Program-made: the position numbers and the translations under genes
Assembly: GCA_903884185.1 (NCBI GenBank)
Contig: CAISDV010000171.1
Location: 1,729-65,728, forward strand
Direction of reading: 5' to 3'
Source of the DNA: an uncultured Chitinophagaceae bacterium
GTDB taxonomy: Bacteria > Bacteroidota > Bacteroidia > Chitinophagales > Chitinophagaceae
Length of the DNA: 64,000 nt
The notes under the pieces: model-generated
Seen by the model: the letters and a program-made list of their open reading frames with translations, nothing else
Told to the model about the DNA's origin: nothing
The model's database searches: none
In this document: in pieces, positions 8,961 to 17,483 of the stretch
Layout: the number at the start of each line of letters is the position of its first letter
Position numbering within the stretch: position 1 is the stretch's first letter

Positions 8961-9542
8961 TTATTCTACAATGGTTTTAATTAGACCATAGATATTTAAA
9001 GTATCAGTATATTTTTCTGTCCATGAATAAAACGCTGATACTTTGATAGCAATTTTCCCTTTCAAGCTGTCGGTTTTTTTGTACTCATTTTTATCAAGAA
9101 TGACTGATTGCCCAATAATTTTATAGACCGGTGCTTTGTATGAGCTATCAAGAACGGAAAAAGTTTGATAATAGTCAGAAATAAATTGATTCTTCAGTTT
9201 AAGAATTTTTAGCTCATATCGGCTTGGAGAAAATAGACTATCTGTGAATTGAAGTAAAAGGCTATCATTTTGTAGTGTTGCTTTACAATTTCTTAGAAAA
9301 TATTTTGTAGTGTCTTCGATGATTGTCGTTTCGGAAGTATAGAAATATTTTGTCGAGTCAATTTGCAAATCGCCTCCGTAATTGAAATGAGCTTCTTTGA
9401 AAAATTCTTCGCTAAAATCGGGCTTGAAATAATTGTTCACTGGCTCAAGCTCAAGCACATTTACAAATACCTCTTGCTCTTTAATGTGTCTGCAGGAAAG
9501 GGAACTCGATAAAATAAATATGATAATAAGAAACCTAATCAT
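8961..9542 (-). CDS. hypothetical lipoprotein (AT-rich orphan)
   Basis: 193 aa, ATG start, lipoprotein-like N-terminus IIFILSSSLSC; no recognisable domain; visibly AT-rich relative to neighbours. Confidence 0.55.
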   Translation of the reverse strand: MIRFLIIIFILSSSLSCRHIKEQEVFVNVLELEPVNNYFKPDFSEEFFKEAHFNYGGDLQIDSTKYFYTSETTIIEDTTKYFLRNCKATLQNDSLLLQFTDSLFSPSRYELKILKLKNQFISDYYQTFSVLDSSYKAPVYKIIGQSVILDKNEYKKTDSLKGKIAIKVSAFYSWTEKYTDTLNIYGLIKTIVE

Positions 9543-9562
9543 AAAACTTAATCAACAAGCAA

Positions 9563-9811
9563 TTACCCCACCATCTCTATTTCATACATTTCCATTACCT
9601 GGTTGGCGAGGAGCTTTTTACTGGCTTCGTCTGCGATGGCGCGGGCTGCGGCTTCGGTGTCTGCTTCTATCTGGAGTGTAATATGCCTGCCAATGCGCAC
9701 ATCACCCACTGCAGATATTCCTAAATTTTTCAGTCCGCCCAGCACTGCTTTTCCCTGCGGGTCAAGCAGGTCTTTTAAGGGCATTACTTTTACCTGTACG
9801 TTATATGTCAT
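9563..9811 (-). CDS. purS: phosphoribosylformylglycinamidine synthase subunit PurS
   Basis: 82 aa; KVMPLKDLLDPQGKAV...LGISAVGDVRIGRHITL typical PurS; 4-nt ATGA overlap with upstream pssA stop. Confidence 0.85.
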   Translation of the reverse strand: MTYNVQVKVMPLKDLLDPQGKAVLGGLKNLGISAVGDVRIGRHITLQIEADTEAAARAIADEASKKLLANQVMEMYEIEMVG

Positions 9812-10608
9812 ATTCGGTTTTTGTAGAACAAAGATAAAATCACATAAGCAATAAATACCAAGGGCACTGCCAGCCAGCCGGCTACAACTCCACCCACTAT
9901 TCCTATCACTCCCAAAATAATAAATGGCAACATTTTTTTGAGGTTGATATGGGTAAACTTCAATGCCAGCATCGGCAAACGTGAGACCATCAGCCCACTT
10001 ACTATCAATATCAAACCATACCAGAACCAGGGGCTAATCAATTCCGTCTTCGCCCATCCTATTGAACCATACCAAAAGATCAGTGGAAAGGATGCGATCA
10101 ATAATCCCGCTGCCGGGATGGGTACTCCTTTGAATCCGTTTGAGAGACTTGTATCTATATTAAACCTCGCCAAGCGGTATGCGCCTGCACAGGGAATAAT
10201 GAATGCGGGCAAAAGCAGCAATGCATTGATATTCAATCCGTCTTCCTGTTGCGCATAAGACAATCTTAAAAATTCATACACGATCATTCCAGGCGCCACG
10301 CCAAAACTTACCACATCAGCTAATGAATCCAGTTGCTTGCCCATTTCAGAACTGGCTTTTAATAAACGGGCTACAAATCCATCTAAAAAATCGATCACTG
10401 CCGCTAATCCAATAAAAAGTGAAGCCAGCCATATTTGCGGAGGTATATTGATGTACTGTCTGCCAAAGGGATCAAGATCACCTATAATAAATCCTTGTTC
10501 TGTTAGTTTGAAAACAGGCTGTAATCCTGTTTGCAAAACCGCTACGATGGCTAAACAGCCAAAGAACAAATTGAGTAGCGTAAATATGTTAGGGATCTGT
10601 TTGATCAT
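9808..10608 (-). CDS. pssA: CDP-diacylglycerol--serine O-phosphatidyltransferase
   Basis: 266 aa; CDP-alcohol phosphatidyltransferase motif DFLDGFVARLLKASSEMGKQLDSLAD; multi-TM. Confidence 0.8.
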   Translation of the reverse strand: MIKQIPNIFTLLNLFFGCLAIVAVLQTGLQPVFKLTEQGFIIGDLDPFGRQYINIPPQIWLASLFIGLAAVIDFLDGFVARLLKASSEMGKQLDSLADVVSFGVAPGMIVYEFLRLSYAQQEDGLNINALLLLPAFIIPCAGAYRLARFNIDTSLSNGFKGVPIPAAGLLIASFPLIFWYGSIGWAKTELISPWFWYGLILIVSGLMVSRLPMLALKFTHINLKKMLPFIILGVIGIVGGVVAGWLAVPLVFIAYVILSLFYKNRI

Positions 10609-11894
10609 CGTTTCATTAAGTTTTCAATCTCATCTGCTTCTATCGGAATATTTTTCATCAAATCCGTATTCCCGTTTTTTGTAAGCCATACATTATTCTC
10701 GACGCGCACTCCCATTTGTTCTTCCTCAATATAAATTCCGGGTTCAATGGTTAATACCATTCCGGCTTTGAGCGGTTCTGTTCTTGTTCCCAAATCGTGC
10801 ACATCAATTCCCAAATGATGCGAGATACCATGGTACAAATATTTTCTGTAAGCCCTGTTCTCTTTGTCCTCGTTCTTGACTTCACTCTTGCGGAGCAAAC
10901 CTATTTTCAGAAATTGCTGTGTGGCTTCCTCTCCTACCATATCGGTATAATCAACAATGGTAATGCCTGGTTTCAAAATACTCTTTGCATAATTGTGTAA
11001 ATGCAGGCAGGCATTGTACACTGTCTTTTGCCTGCGCCCGAATTTACCGTTTACGGGAACAGTACGTGTGAGATCGGCATTGTAACCACCGTAACCTGCA
11101 CCAAAATCCATCAGTAATAATTCACCTGCTTTACATTCTTCGCTATTGCTAACATAATGAAGCGTACGCGCCCTGTCGCCACTGGCAATGATACTGCCAT
11201 AAGCTTCGCCCGTAGCACGCTGGCTTAAAAAGCTGTGAACTATCTCAGCTTCGATCTCGTATTCCATTACTCCCGGCCGGATAAATTTCAATAACCGACG
11301 AAAAGTACTTTCTGTAATGTCTATCGCTTTCTGTAATACTTCTATTTCTTCTTTTGTCTTGATGCCGCGCAATGCCTTCATGATCTTTGCAGAACGGAGA
11401 TAATTGTGCAAAGGGTAACGCATTTTCATTTCATCCACCAGCCTGTAATCCCTGCTTCTTATCTGCGAAGCTTTCCTGTCGTTCTCGTTTGTATCTAAAT
11501 AAATATTATCTGCCAGGTGTATCCATCCCTGCAATAACGCATCTATGCTATCGGCCCAAACAACAGTTGCCATCCCTGAAACTGCTTTTGCTTCATTAGC
11601 ACGCAATCTTTTGCCATCCCATTTTTCTTTTAGTTCGTTGGGGCGAATGAGTACCAGTACTTCCTTATATTTTGGATCGGGGCAATCGGGGAATAATACC
11701 ACCATAGAATCTTCCTGTTCAATTCCGGTCAGCCAGAAAAGCCCACTGTTCTGTTTGAATTTGTGGAGTGCATCTCCATTCATTGGCCATTCATCATTGC
11801 TGGTAAAAATGGCAATGCTGTTGGGCTTCATTTCTTTGATAAAGCGGTTGCGGTTATTGATGAAGATTTGGGGGTTCAGTGGAAGATATTTCAT
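10605..11894 (-). CDS. Xaa-Pro aminopeptidase (M24B, aminopeptidase P family)
   Basis: 429 aa; LLMDFGAGYGGYNADLTRT, HGISHHLGIDVHD, TIEPGIY metal-ligand motifs. Confidence 0.85.
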   Translation of the reverse strand: MKYLPLNPQIFINNRNRFIKEMKPNSIAIFTSNDEWPMNGDALHKFKQNSGLFWLTGIEQEDSMVVLFPDCPDPKYKEVLVLIRPNELKEKWDGKRLRANEAKAVSGMATVVWADSIDALLQGWIHLADNIYLDTNENDRKASQIRSRDYRLVDEMKMRYPLHNYLRSAKIMKALRGIKTKEEIEVLQKAIDITESTFRRLLKFIRPGVMEYEIEAEIVHSFLSQRATGEAYGSIIASGDRARTLHYVSNSEECKAGELLLMDFGAGYGGYNADLTRTVPVNGKFGRRQKTVYNACLHLHNYAKSILKPGITIVDYTDMVGEEATQQFLKIGLLRKSEVKNEDKENRAYRKYLYHGISHHLGIDVHDLGTRTEPLKAGMVLTIEPGIYIEEEQMGVRVENNVWLTKNGNTDLMKNIPIEADEIENLMKR

Positions 11895-11960
11895 ATAACA
11901 GATTGAGTGGATGCAAGATAAAGTTTTAAAAGTAATATACCGATACCGGGCATCGAGATG

Positions 11961-12344
11961 TCACCAAAGCAGTCTAATTCCATATTCTGCAAAATGTTTC
12001 TCTTTCGAGATCAGTGTTAACCCATTTGTAATGCTTTGTATGATCAATATTCTGTCGAAAGGGTCTTTGTGATGAAAGGGAAGTTCGGACAGCCGGAGTG
12101 TATCTTTAAAAGTAAGTGGTAATATTTCAAATCCATTCTGCTGTAGCTGCTTTTCTATCGATGCAAAGGGAGCATTGAGCTCAAGCTTGCCAAGACTAAC
12201 CTTGATAGCTATTTCCCAAAGGCTTGCAATACTTATAAAATTGATGGCTTGTTTATCTTCGATTGCTTTCCTGGCCTTATCTGACAACTGCGAATCACCA
12301 TTTACAAACCAGATAAAAGTATGTGTGTCAAGCAGATTCTTCAT
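11961..12344 (-). CDS. vapC: type II toxin, PIN domain (VapC family)
   Basis: 127 aa; LLDTHTFIW...SIASLWEIAIK...HKDPFDRILIIQS PIN acidic residues; 4-nt overlap with upstream antitoxin. Confidence 0.8.
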   Translation of the reverse strand: MKNLLDTHTFIWFVNGDSQLSDKARKAIEDKQAINFISIASLWEIAIKVSLGKLELNAPFASIEKQLQQNGFEILPLTFKDTLRLSELPFHHKDPFDRILIIQSITNGLTLISKEKHFAEYGIRLLW

Positions 12345-12556
12345 TCTGGCATATAGTCTTTAAAGTCCTCTAATGGTTCATCAAACCCCTTGCGCATGGT
12401 AAACATTCCTTTACCACTGCCAAATTTTGCTACGCGACCATTTTGAGAGGATGCTTTCTTCGACTTTGCCGTCAACGAATCAATAAAATCATTCACTTCC
12501 TTTTTGAGGTTTTCGGGAAGTGCCGACAACTTGCTGTATAACAGTGAAGTATTCAT
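12341..12556 (-). CDS. DUF2281-type antitoxin
   Basis: Track ORF trimmed to ATG at 12556 (MNTSLLYSKLSALPENLKKEVNDFIDSL...FDEPLEDFKDYMPE), the usual DUF2281 pattern upstream of PIN toxins. Confidence 0.7.
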   Translation of the reverse strand: MNTSLLYSKLSALPENLKKEVNDFIDSLTAKSKKASSQNGRVAKFGSGKGMFTMRKGFDEPLEDFKDYMPE

Positions 12557-12673
12557 GTTGATTGTAAACGCAAATTTAATAAAAAAAATCGTATGCCAAT
12601 CACCCCGGATGTTCACACATATTAAGCCCCATCAATCACAAATTCATTATCTTACAGTCAAATTATCATCACC

Positions 12674-12856
12674 ATGGGCAAATCAAAATCATCTTCCAAA
12701 TCCGGAAAAAAAGCAGCACCTCAATCAGGAATGGTCGTTAAGAATACCATGCCCGGCGGTAGTGCAAAAGGGTCTTCTTTCTTCCCCAAGATCGCGAACT
12801 CCTTCTCTGCTCCTAAAAAAGGAGGCGCGAAAATGATCCCTCGCAAGACACAATAA
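12674..12856 (+). CDS. possible small Lys/Ser/Gly-rich protein
   Basis: 60-aa ATG ORF in an otherwise empty 370-bp gap; low-complexity basic sequence, no recognisable family. Confidence 0.3.
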   Translation: MGKSKSSSKSGKKAAPQSGMVVKNTMPGGSAKGSSFFPKIANSFSAPKKGGAKMIPRKTQ

Positions 12857-12918
12857 ACTCAGGGTTCCAATAGCCCTTTTTGTTAAAAAATAAAAAAAAA
12901 TATACTCATTTGTAACTT

Positions 12919-12960
12919 TATACGAATTTAATCGTACTATTGTACGAACATAATCGTATA
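12919..12960. promoter_or_regulatory. 42-bp imperfect dyad upstream of 12989..13756
   Basis: tatacga...cgtac tatt gtacg...tcgtata, both arm pairs share the same centre (12939/12940). Confidence 0.3.
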
Positions 12961-12988
12961 ACATATTATTCATCCTAATCATTCTGTT

Positions 12989-13756
12989 ATGAAAAAGAGC
13001 CTCTCCTTTCGCAAAACCCTATTGCTGGCTTGCTTTACAGCCTTTACCCTAACTGTTTCAGCAGCACCCTGGGACAACCTGCCCAATCCTTTTGTTTGGG
13101 GAGAATCAAGCAACCAGGATACTGTTCATCCTAAGAAAAACAAAGTTGAAAAAAATAAAAGCGAGTACAATTCCGATGTTGAGATCGACAAAGCCATGGA
13201 AAAGTTGGACAAAGAAATGGCGAAGCTGGAAGTAGAAATGAAAAAGATAGACTACGCCAAAATTGATAAACAAGTGAAGGAAGCTATCGCTAAAGTGGAT
13301 ATGGAAAAGATCAAAAGGGAAACAGAGAATGCCATAAAAAAAGTGGACTGGCAAAAGATCAAAGTGGAAGTTGAAAAATCCATGAAAGAAGCACAGGAAA
13401 GCATGAAGAACATTGATATGGAAAAAATGCAGCGTGATATAGAAAAAGCACATGCAAATATAAAATCTATAGATGGAGAAAAGATCAAGAAACAAATAGA
13501 AGCCGGCATGGAAAAAGAAAAAGTGGGAATGGAAAAAGCAAAAGCAGACCTGAAGTACCTGAAAGATTTTCCAGATGCGCTGGAAAAAGACGGACTGATA
13601 GATACAAAGAAGGGCTACAAAATAAAAGTGCAGGACGGTGAACTGTTTATCAATGGTACCAAACAATCAAAAGAGACTTACGAAAAATACAAACAATATT
13701 ATAAGAAGGATAATTTTTCGATCAATGTCAACGGAGACAAAATATCATCATTATAA
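12989..13756 (+). CDS. secreted Lys/Glu-rich coiled-coil protein
   Basis: 255 aa; signal peptide, repeated xMEKIK/KIDxxK heptad-like units; followed by a strong terminator. The antisense ORFs 13106..13666 and 13252..13509 are mirror artefacts. Confidence 0.7.
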   Translation: MKKSLSFRKTLLLACFTAFTLTVSAAPWDNLPNPFVWGESSNQDTVHPKKNKVEKNKSEYNSDVEIDKAMEKLDKEMAKLEVEMKKIDYAKIDKQVKEAIAKVDMEKIKRETENAIKKVDWQKIKVEVEKSMKEAQESMKNIDMEKMQRDIEKAHANIKSIDGEKIKKQIEAGMEKEKVGMEKAKADLKYLKDFPDALEKDGLIDTKKGYKIKVQDGELFINGTKQSKETYEKYKQYYKKDNFSINVNGDKISSL

Positions 13757-13814
13757 ATATAGATGACTTTACGAAACCAGCCCGACAGAGTCGGGCCGGA
13801 TATTCTTTACTTAT

Positions 13815-13850
13815 AGAGCCCCGACTCCGTCGGGGCTCTACTTTTTAATT
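13815..13850 (+). terminator. rho-independent terminator of 12989..13756
   Basis: agagccccgac-tcc-gtcggggctct (11-bp stem) followed by actttttaattt. Confidence 0.8.
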
Positions 13851-13871
13851 TCTGATATTATTCCCGTTGGC

Positions 13872-14366
13872 TCATATTCCAAGATCATCACTTGTAAAAC
13901 GCAACGGCAATAACATACTCGCTTTTTCAATCACATACACCTTACCATCCTGCCCGCTTAAGATCAAACGGATAGGATGATCAACAATACTCTCATATTC
14001 TGATAAACTCTGCCGGCACATGCCGCAGGGAGATATGGGGTGACTGTTATTTCCGTTCTTATTGTGGTTGTGGTAACTGATGGCCATGGTATCTATCGCC
14101 ACCTTCGGGAACAAAGCTGATGCCGATGCCAGCAAAGTACGCTCTGCACAAATACTTACCGGGAAACTGGCGTTCTCCTGGTTGCTGCCGGTTACGGTCT
14201 CACCATTCATTAACCTGGCAACAGCGCCAACAAAAAAATTGGAATAAGGTGCATACGCCAGTTTGGTTGCTTCCCTTGCTTTGGTAAGAAGCGCTGCATC
14301 TTCTTTGGAAAGTTCATCAATGGAATCGTATTCCTCAAATCCAAAATTGTATTGCTGATTTTTCAT
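13872..14366 (-). CDS. cdd: cytidine deaminase
   Basis: 164 aa; zinc motifs CAERTLL and PCGMCRQ. Confidence 0.85.
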   Translation of the reverse strand: MKNQQYNFGFEEYDSIDELSKEDAALLTKAREATKLAYAPYSNFFVGAVARLMNGETVTGSNQENASFPVSICAERTLLASASALFPKVAIDTMAISYHNHNKNGNNSHPISPCGMCRQSLSEYESIVDHPIRLILSGQDGKVYVIEKASMLLPLRFTSDDLGI

Positions 14367-14406
14367 ACGGTGTGATTTAATCTATCTGCACACGATCATT
14401 ATTAAC

Positions 14407-14436
14407 GAAAAAAGCCCCCAAAGTGTTGTGGGGACT
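14407..14436 (-). terminator. rho-independent terminator of lepB
   Basis: Minus strand GTCCCCAcaacacttTGGGGGC followed by TTTTTTCG. Confidence 0.65.
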
Positions 14437-14460
14437 TTCTTCAATGGGACTGAAAGATAA

Positions 14461-15954
14461 TTATTTTATACCATTAAACAAGCGTTTCCAGCGTGGGCCG
14501 CCATCCCAGCTAAACCAGATAAGAGAAGCTTTTCCAACAATATGTGTTTCAGGAACAAAGCCCCAGAAACGGCTGTCCTGGCTGCGGTGCCTGTTATCAC
14601 CCATCATCCAGAAATAATCATACTTGGTTGTATAGGTAGTAGTTTCTTTTTCATTGATAAAAAACTTTCCATCTTTTTCCTCCAGCTTATTTCCTTCATA
14701 CACCTGGATCAAGCGACTGTATACCGCAATATTTTGATGAGTAAGTGTGATTGTCTCTCCCTTCTTTGGAATCGAAAGTGGACCATATTGATCTCTTGTC
14801 CACCCTGCTGCTGTTGAATCAAATGGGAATACCGGGAAATCTTTTTTGTATTGCGCAATGGTAGCTGTACAATGCAGGTATTGTTCCACCTTAATTTTTT
14901 CTGCAGCAGTCATGTTCAGGATAATGTTTCCTGGCTCAGCCTGTATTTGTGAATCATTGATCACATTGATTCCCAATTCTTCATTCAGGCTTTCGGCACT
15001 TACATTTTTCCCGTTCAAAGGAAAATTGTAATCGATCTGTGAAGAAGCAGGCATAGGTGATAAAGTGCCGTTCACATATAACAATCCTTCTTTTACCTGT
15101 ATGGTTTCTCCATGCACTGCTACACAACGTTTAATATAATTATCTGTCTTGTCGTACGGATGAACTAAAAGTGGGAACTCAGCCGCCAATGCCTCACGGT
15201 TGCCTTTAAACTGATCGCGTAGAACATCATAATAAGGTTGTTCTGAACCGTAGCCAGGTAAATTGATGATCGTATCACCTGCAGGGAAATTAAACACTAC
15301 TACATCATTTCTCTTCACTTCAGTAAAACCAGGCAAACGTTTATAAGGTAATTGTATCCATTTAAGGTATGAAGGTGTTGTTTCACTGAAAGGCATGGTA
15401 TTATGAACAAAAGGAAAAGACAAAGGCGTAGTAGGTATGCGTGGGCCATAACTCATCTTGCTCACAAATAAAAAGTCGTGTACCAGCAATGTTTTTTCCA
15501 TACTGGGCGTGGGTATCACATAGGCTTCAAATACAAAAGTGCGGATGATGGTGGCAGCTACTACCGCAAACACACCAGCATCTATCCATTCACGCGATCC
15601 GGGTTTTTTGTATAAACGAAATACTTTTTCTCCACCCCATTTTGGTTTATCAGAAAATCCGAGATAGGGCAGATAAATAAAAGGAACAAAGACAACCAAT
15701 GTATGCTGCGGTACAGTGACTTTTCCAAAATGCATCACAAACAATATCGTTATCCAGATAGTGATGAATTGACCCATCACAGGGATCAGTTGTAACCAGA
15801 ACCATATTTTCCTGATCTGGCAGATCTCTACCATTAACCAGGTATTGTATAAAGGGATCAGGGCTTTCCACGGTGCGATACCTGCTTTTTTAAACAGGCC
15901 GTACAATCCAACATGCCAGCCAACGATCCAGAGAATGAGGAAAAATAATCCCAT
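14461..15954 (-). CDS. lepB: signal peptidase I
   Basis: 497 aa; IPTPSMEKTL (catalytic Ser), YIKRCVAV, GDNRHRSQDSRFWGFVP boxes; long N-terminal TM extension. Confidence 0.9.
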   Translation of the reverse strand: MGLFFLILWIVGWHVGLYGLFKKAGIAPWKALIPLYNTWLMVEICQIRKIWFWLQLIPVMGQFITIWITILFVMHFGKVTVPQHTLVVFVPFIYLPYLGFSDKPKWGGEKVFRLYKKPGSREWIDAGVFAVVAATIIRTFVFEAYVIPTPSMEKTLLVHDFLFVSKMSYGPRIPTTPLSFPFVHNTMPFSETTPSYLKWIQLPYKRLPGFTEVKRNDVVVFNFPAGDTIINLPGYGSEQPYYDVLRDQFKGNREALAAEFPLLVHPYDKTDNYIKRCVAVHGETIQVKEGLLYVNGTLSPMPASSQIDYNFPLNGKNVSAESLNEELGINVINDSQIQAEPGNIILNMTAAEKIKVEQYLHCTATIAQYKKDFPVFPFDSTAAGWTRDQYGPLSIPKKGETITLTHQNIAVYSRLIQVYEGNKLEEKDGKFFINEKETTTYTTKYDYFWMMGDNRHRSQDSRFWGFVPETHIVGKASLIWFSWDGGPRWKRLFNGIK

Positions 15955-16071
15955 AATAATGTTTTAGTGTGACAAAAATAACGGTAACCGCGATTGGTTG
16001 GGCTTTATTTTAGTTAAACCCGTGTAGCGAAGATGATGATGAATTTGTTAAATATTGTCTAAACAGAGAAC

Positions 16072-17232
16072 CTATTTCGGTAATACATAGTTCACCACAT
16101 CGTCTGCAGTAATGTTCTTACCCGAAAGGATGATCAACCTCTCTACCACATTCCGGAGCTCACGCACATTGCCCGTCCAGTTGTGCTTCTGCAAAGTATC
16201 CATCGCTTTTTTATCAATTGATTTTTTAGGCTGCCCGTATTCGGCTGCTATATCAATCAAAAATTTATCTACTAATAATGGAATATCATCTTTACGGTCG
16301 TTCAAAGACGGTACATGTACCAGTATCACGCCCAAACGGTGATACAGATCAAGCCGGAAGTTTTTATTCTCCACTTCTTTCAACAGGTCCTTATTCGTAG
16401 CTGCCACCACACGTACATCTACATTAATTTCTTTGTCACCCCCCACCCTTGTGATCCGCCCTTCCTGTAATGCACGCAAAACTTTTGCCTGTGCACTCAG
16501 GCTCATATCGCCGATCTCATCTAAAAATAAAGTGCCACCGCTTGCCTGTTCAAATTTTCCGATACGTTGTTTGATAGCCGATGTAAAGGATCCTTTTTCA
16601 TGCCCGAATAATTCACTCTCGATCAGTTCGCTGGGAATGGCAGCGCAGTTTACTTCCACCAGCTGCGACGATGCGCGGTTACTTTTTTCATGCAACCATC
16701 TTGCTACCAGTTCTTTTCCGGAGCCATTCTCACCGGTTACCAATACTCTTGCATCAGTAGCAGCTACTTTCTCGATTGTCTCAATTATTTTTTTTATCGC
16801 TTCGCTTTCTCCAATGATCTCCTGCACTTTACTCACTTTCCGTTTCAGCATTTTCGTTTCCTTCACCAGTGTGTTTTTGTCCATTGCATTGCGGATGGTG
16901 ATCAACAAACGGTTCAGGTCGGGTGGCTTGGAGATATAATCAAACGCACCTTTCTTTACAGCCTCCACTGCAGTTTCAATATTACCGTGCCCGCTGATCA
17001 TGATCACAGGTATTTCAGGATTGATCTCAGTTGCTTTGTGCAAAAATTCCATGCCATCCATCTTAGGCATCTTAATATCACAGAGTACCAGGTCAAAGGA
17101 ACCAGTGGAGAATTTCTTAAATCCTTCTTCGCCATCTGCCGCTTCGTCTGTTTTATAACCTTCGTTGGTTAAGATATCTTTCAATACGCTGCGGATAGAG
17201 CGCTCGTCGTCAATGATCAGGATATTGGCCAT
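16072..17232 (-). CDS. sigma-54-dependent response regulator (receiver + AAA+, no obvious C-terminal HTH)
   Basis: 386 aa; receiver DLVLCDIKMPKMDG, Walker A GENGSGKE, loop GHEKGSFTSA, Walker B LFLDEIG, R-finger region; ORF ends about 15 aa after the AAA+ lid. Confidence 0.85.
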   Translation of the reverse strand: MANILIIDDERSIRSVLKDILTNEGYKTDEAADGEEGFKKFSTGSFDLVLCDIKMPKMDGMEFLHKATEINPEIPVIMISGHGNIETAVEAVKKGAFDYISKPPDLNRLLITIRNAMDKNTLVKETKMLKRKVSKVQEIIGESEAIKKIIETIEKVAATDARVLVTGENGSGKELVARWLHEKSNRASSQLVEVNCAAIPSELIESELFGHEKGSFTSAIKQRIGKFEQASGGTLFLDEIGDMSLSAQAKVLRALQEGRITRVGGDKEINVDVRVVAATNKDLLKEVENKNFRLDLYHRLGVILVHVPSLNDRKDDIPLLVDKFLIDIAAEYGQPKKSIDKKAMDTLQKHNWTGNVRELRNVVERLIILSGKNITADDVVNYVLPK

Positions 17233-17355
17233 ACACGCATTTTAATTTGCGCTAAGGTAGGTGTAAGTTTTTTAGGAAGCGGGCTGGGGTATTTCAACCC
17301 GACTTTTCTTGCGTCGCACACTTGCGCACCTGTATTGCTATTCGGTGGTTATAAA

Positions 17356-17405
17356 TTATGAGTTATGAGTTGCAGGCAACCCTTTGCGACTTTGCTCCTT
17401 AGCGG
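17356..17405. repeat. stutter tract (TTATGAG x2) plus family-d-like arm
   Basis: ttatgagttatgagttgcagg followed by caaccctttgcgactttgctccttagcgg. Confidence 0.6.
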
Positions 17406-17409
17406 AAAC

Positions 17410-17473
17410 AAACCCCGAGGATTTAATAGTTTAAAAGCATTGCACAAAATAAACGAGTAAATCCTCGGGGTTT
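17410..17473 (-). terminator. large-loop hairpin downstream of TonB-dependent receptor 17484..19529
   Basis: aaaccccgaggattta / taaatcctcggggttt 16-bp arms, 32-nt loop; on the minus strand followed by gtttgtttcc. Confidence 0.4.
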
Positions 17474-17483
17474 AGTGCAATAT

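Noticed and set aside
13106-13666. 186-aa and 85-aa antisense ORFs inside the Lys/Glu-rich gene.
   Set aside because: These are the mirror image of a low-complexity AAG/GAA-rich coding region. The Phe/Leu-rich product has no start context, and the sense ORF has a signal peptide and a terminator.
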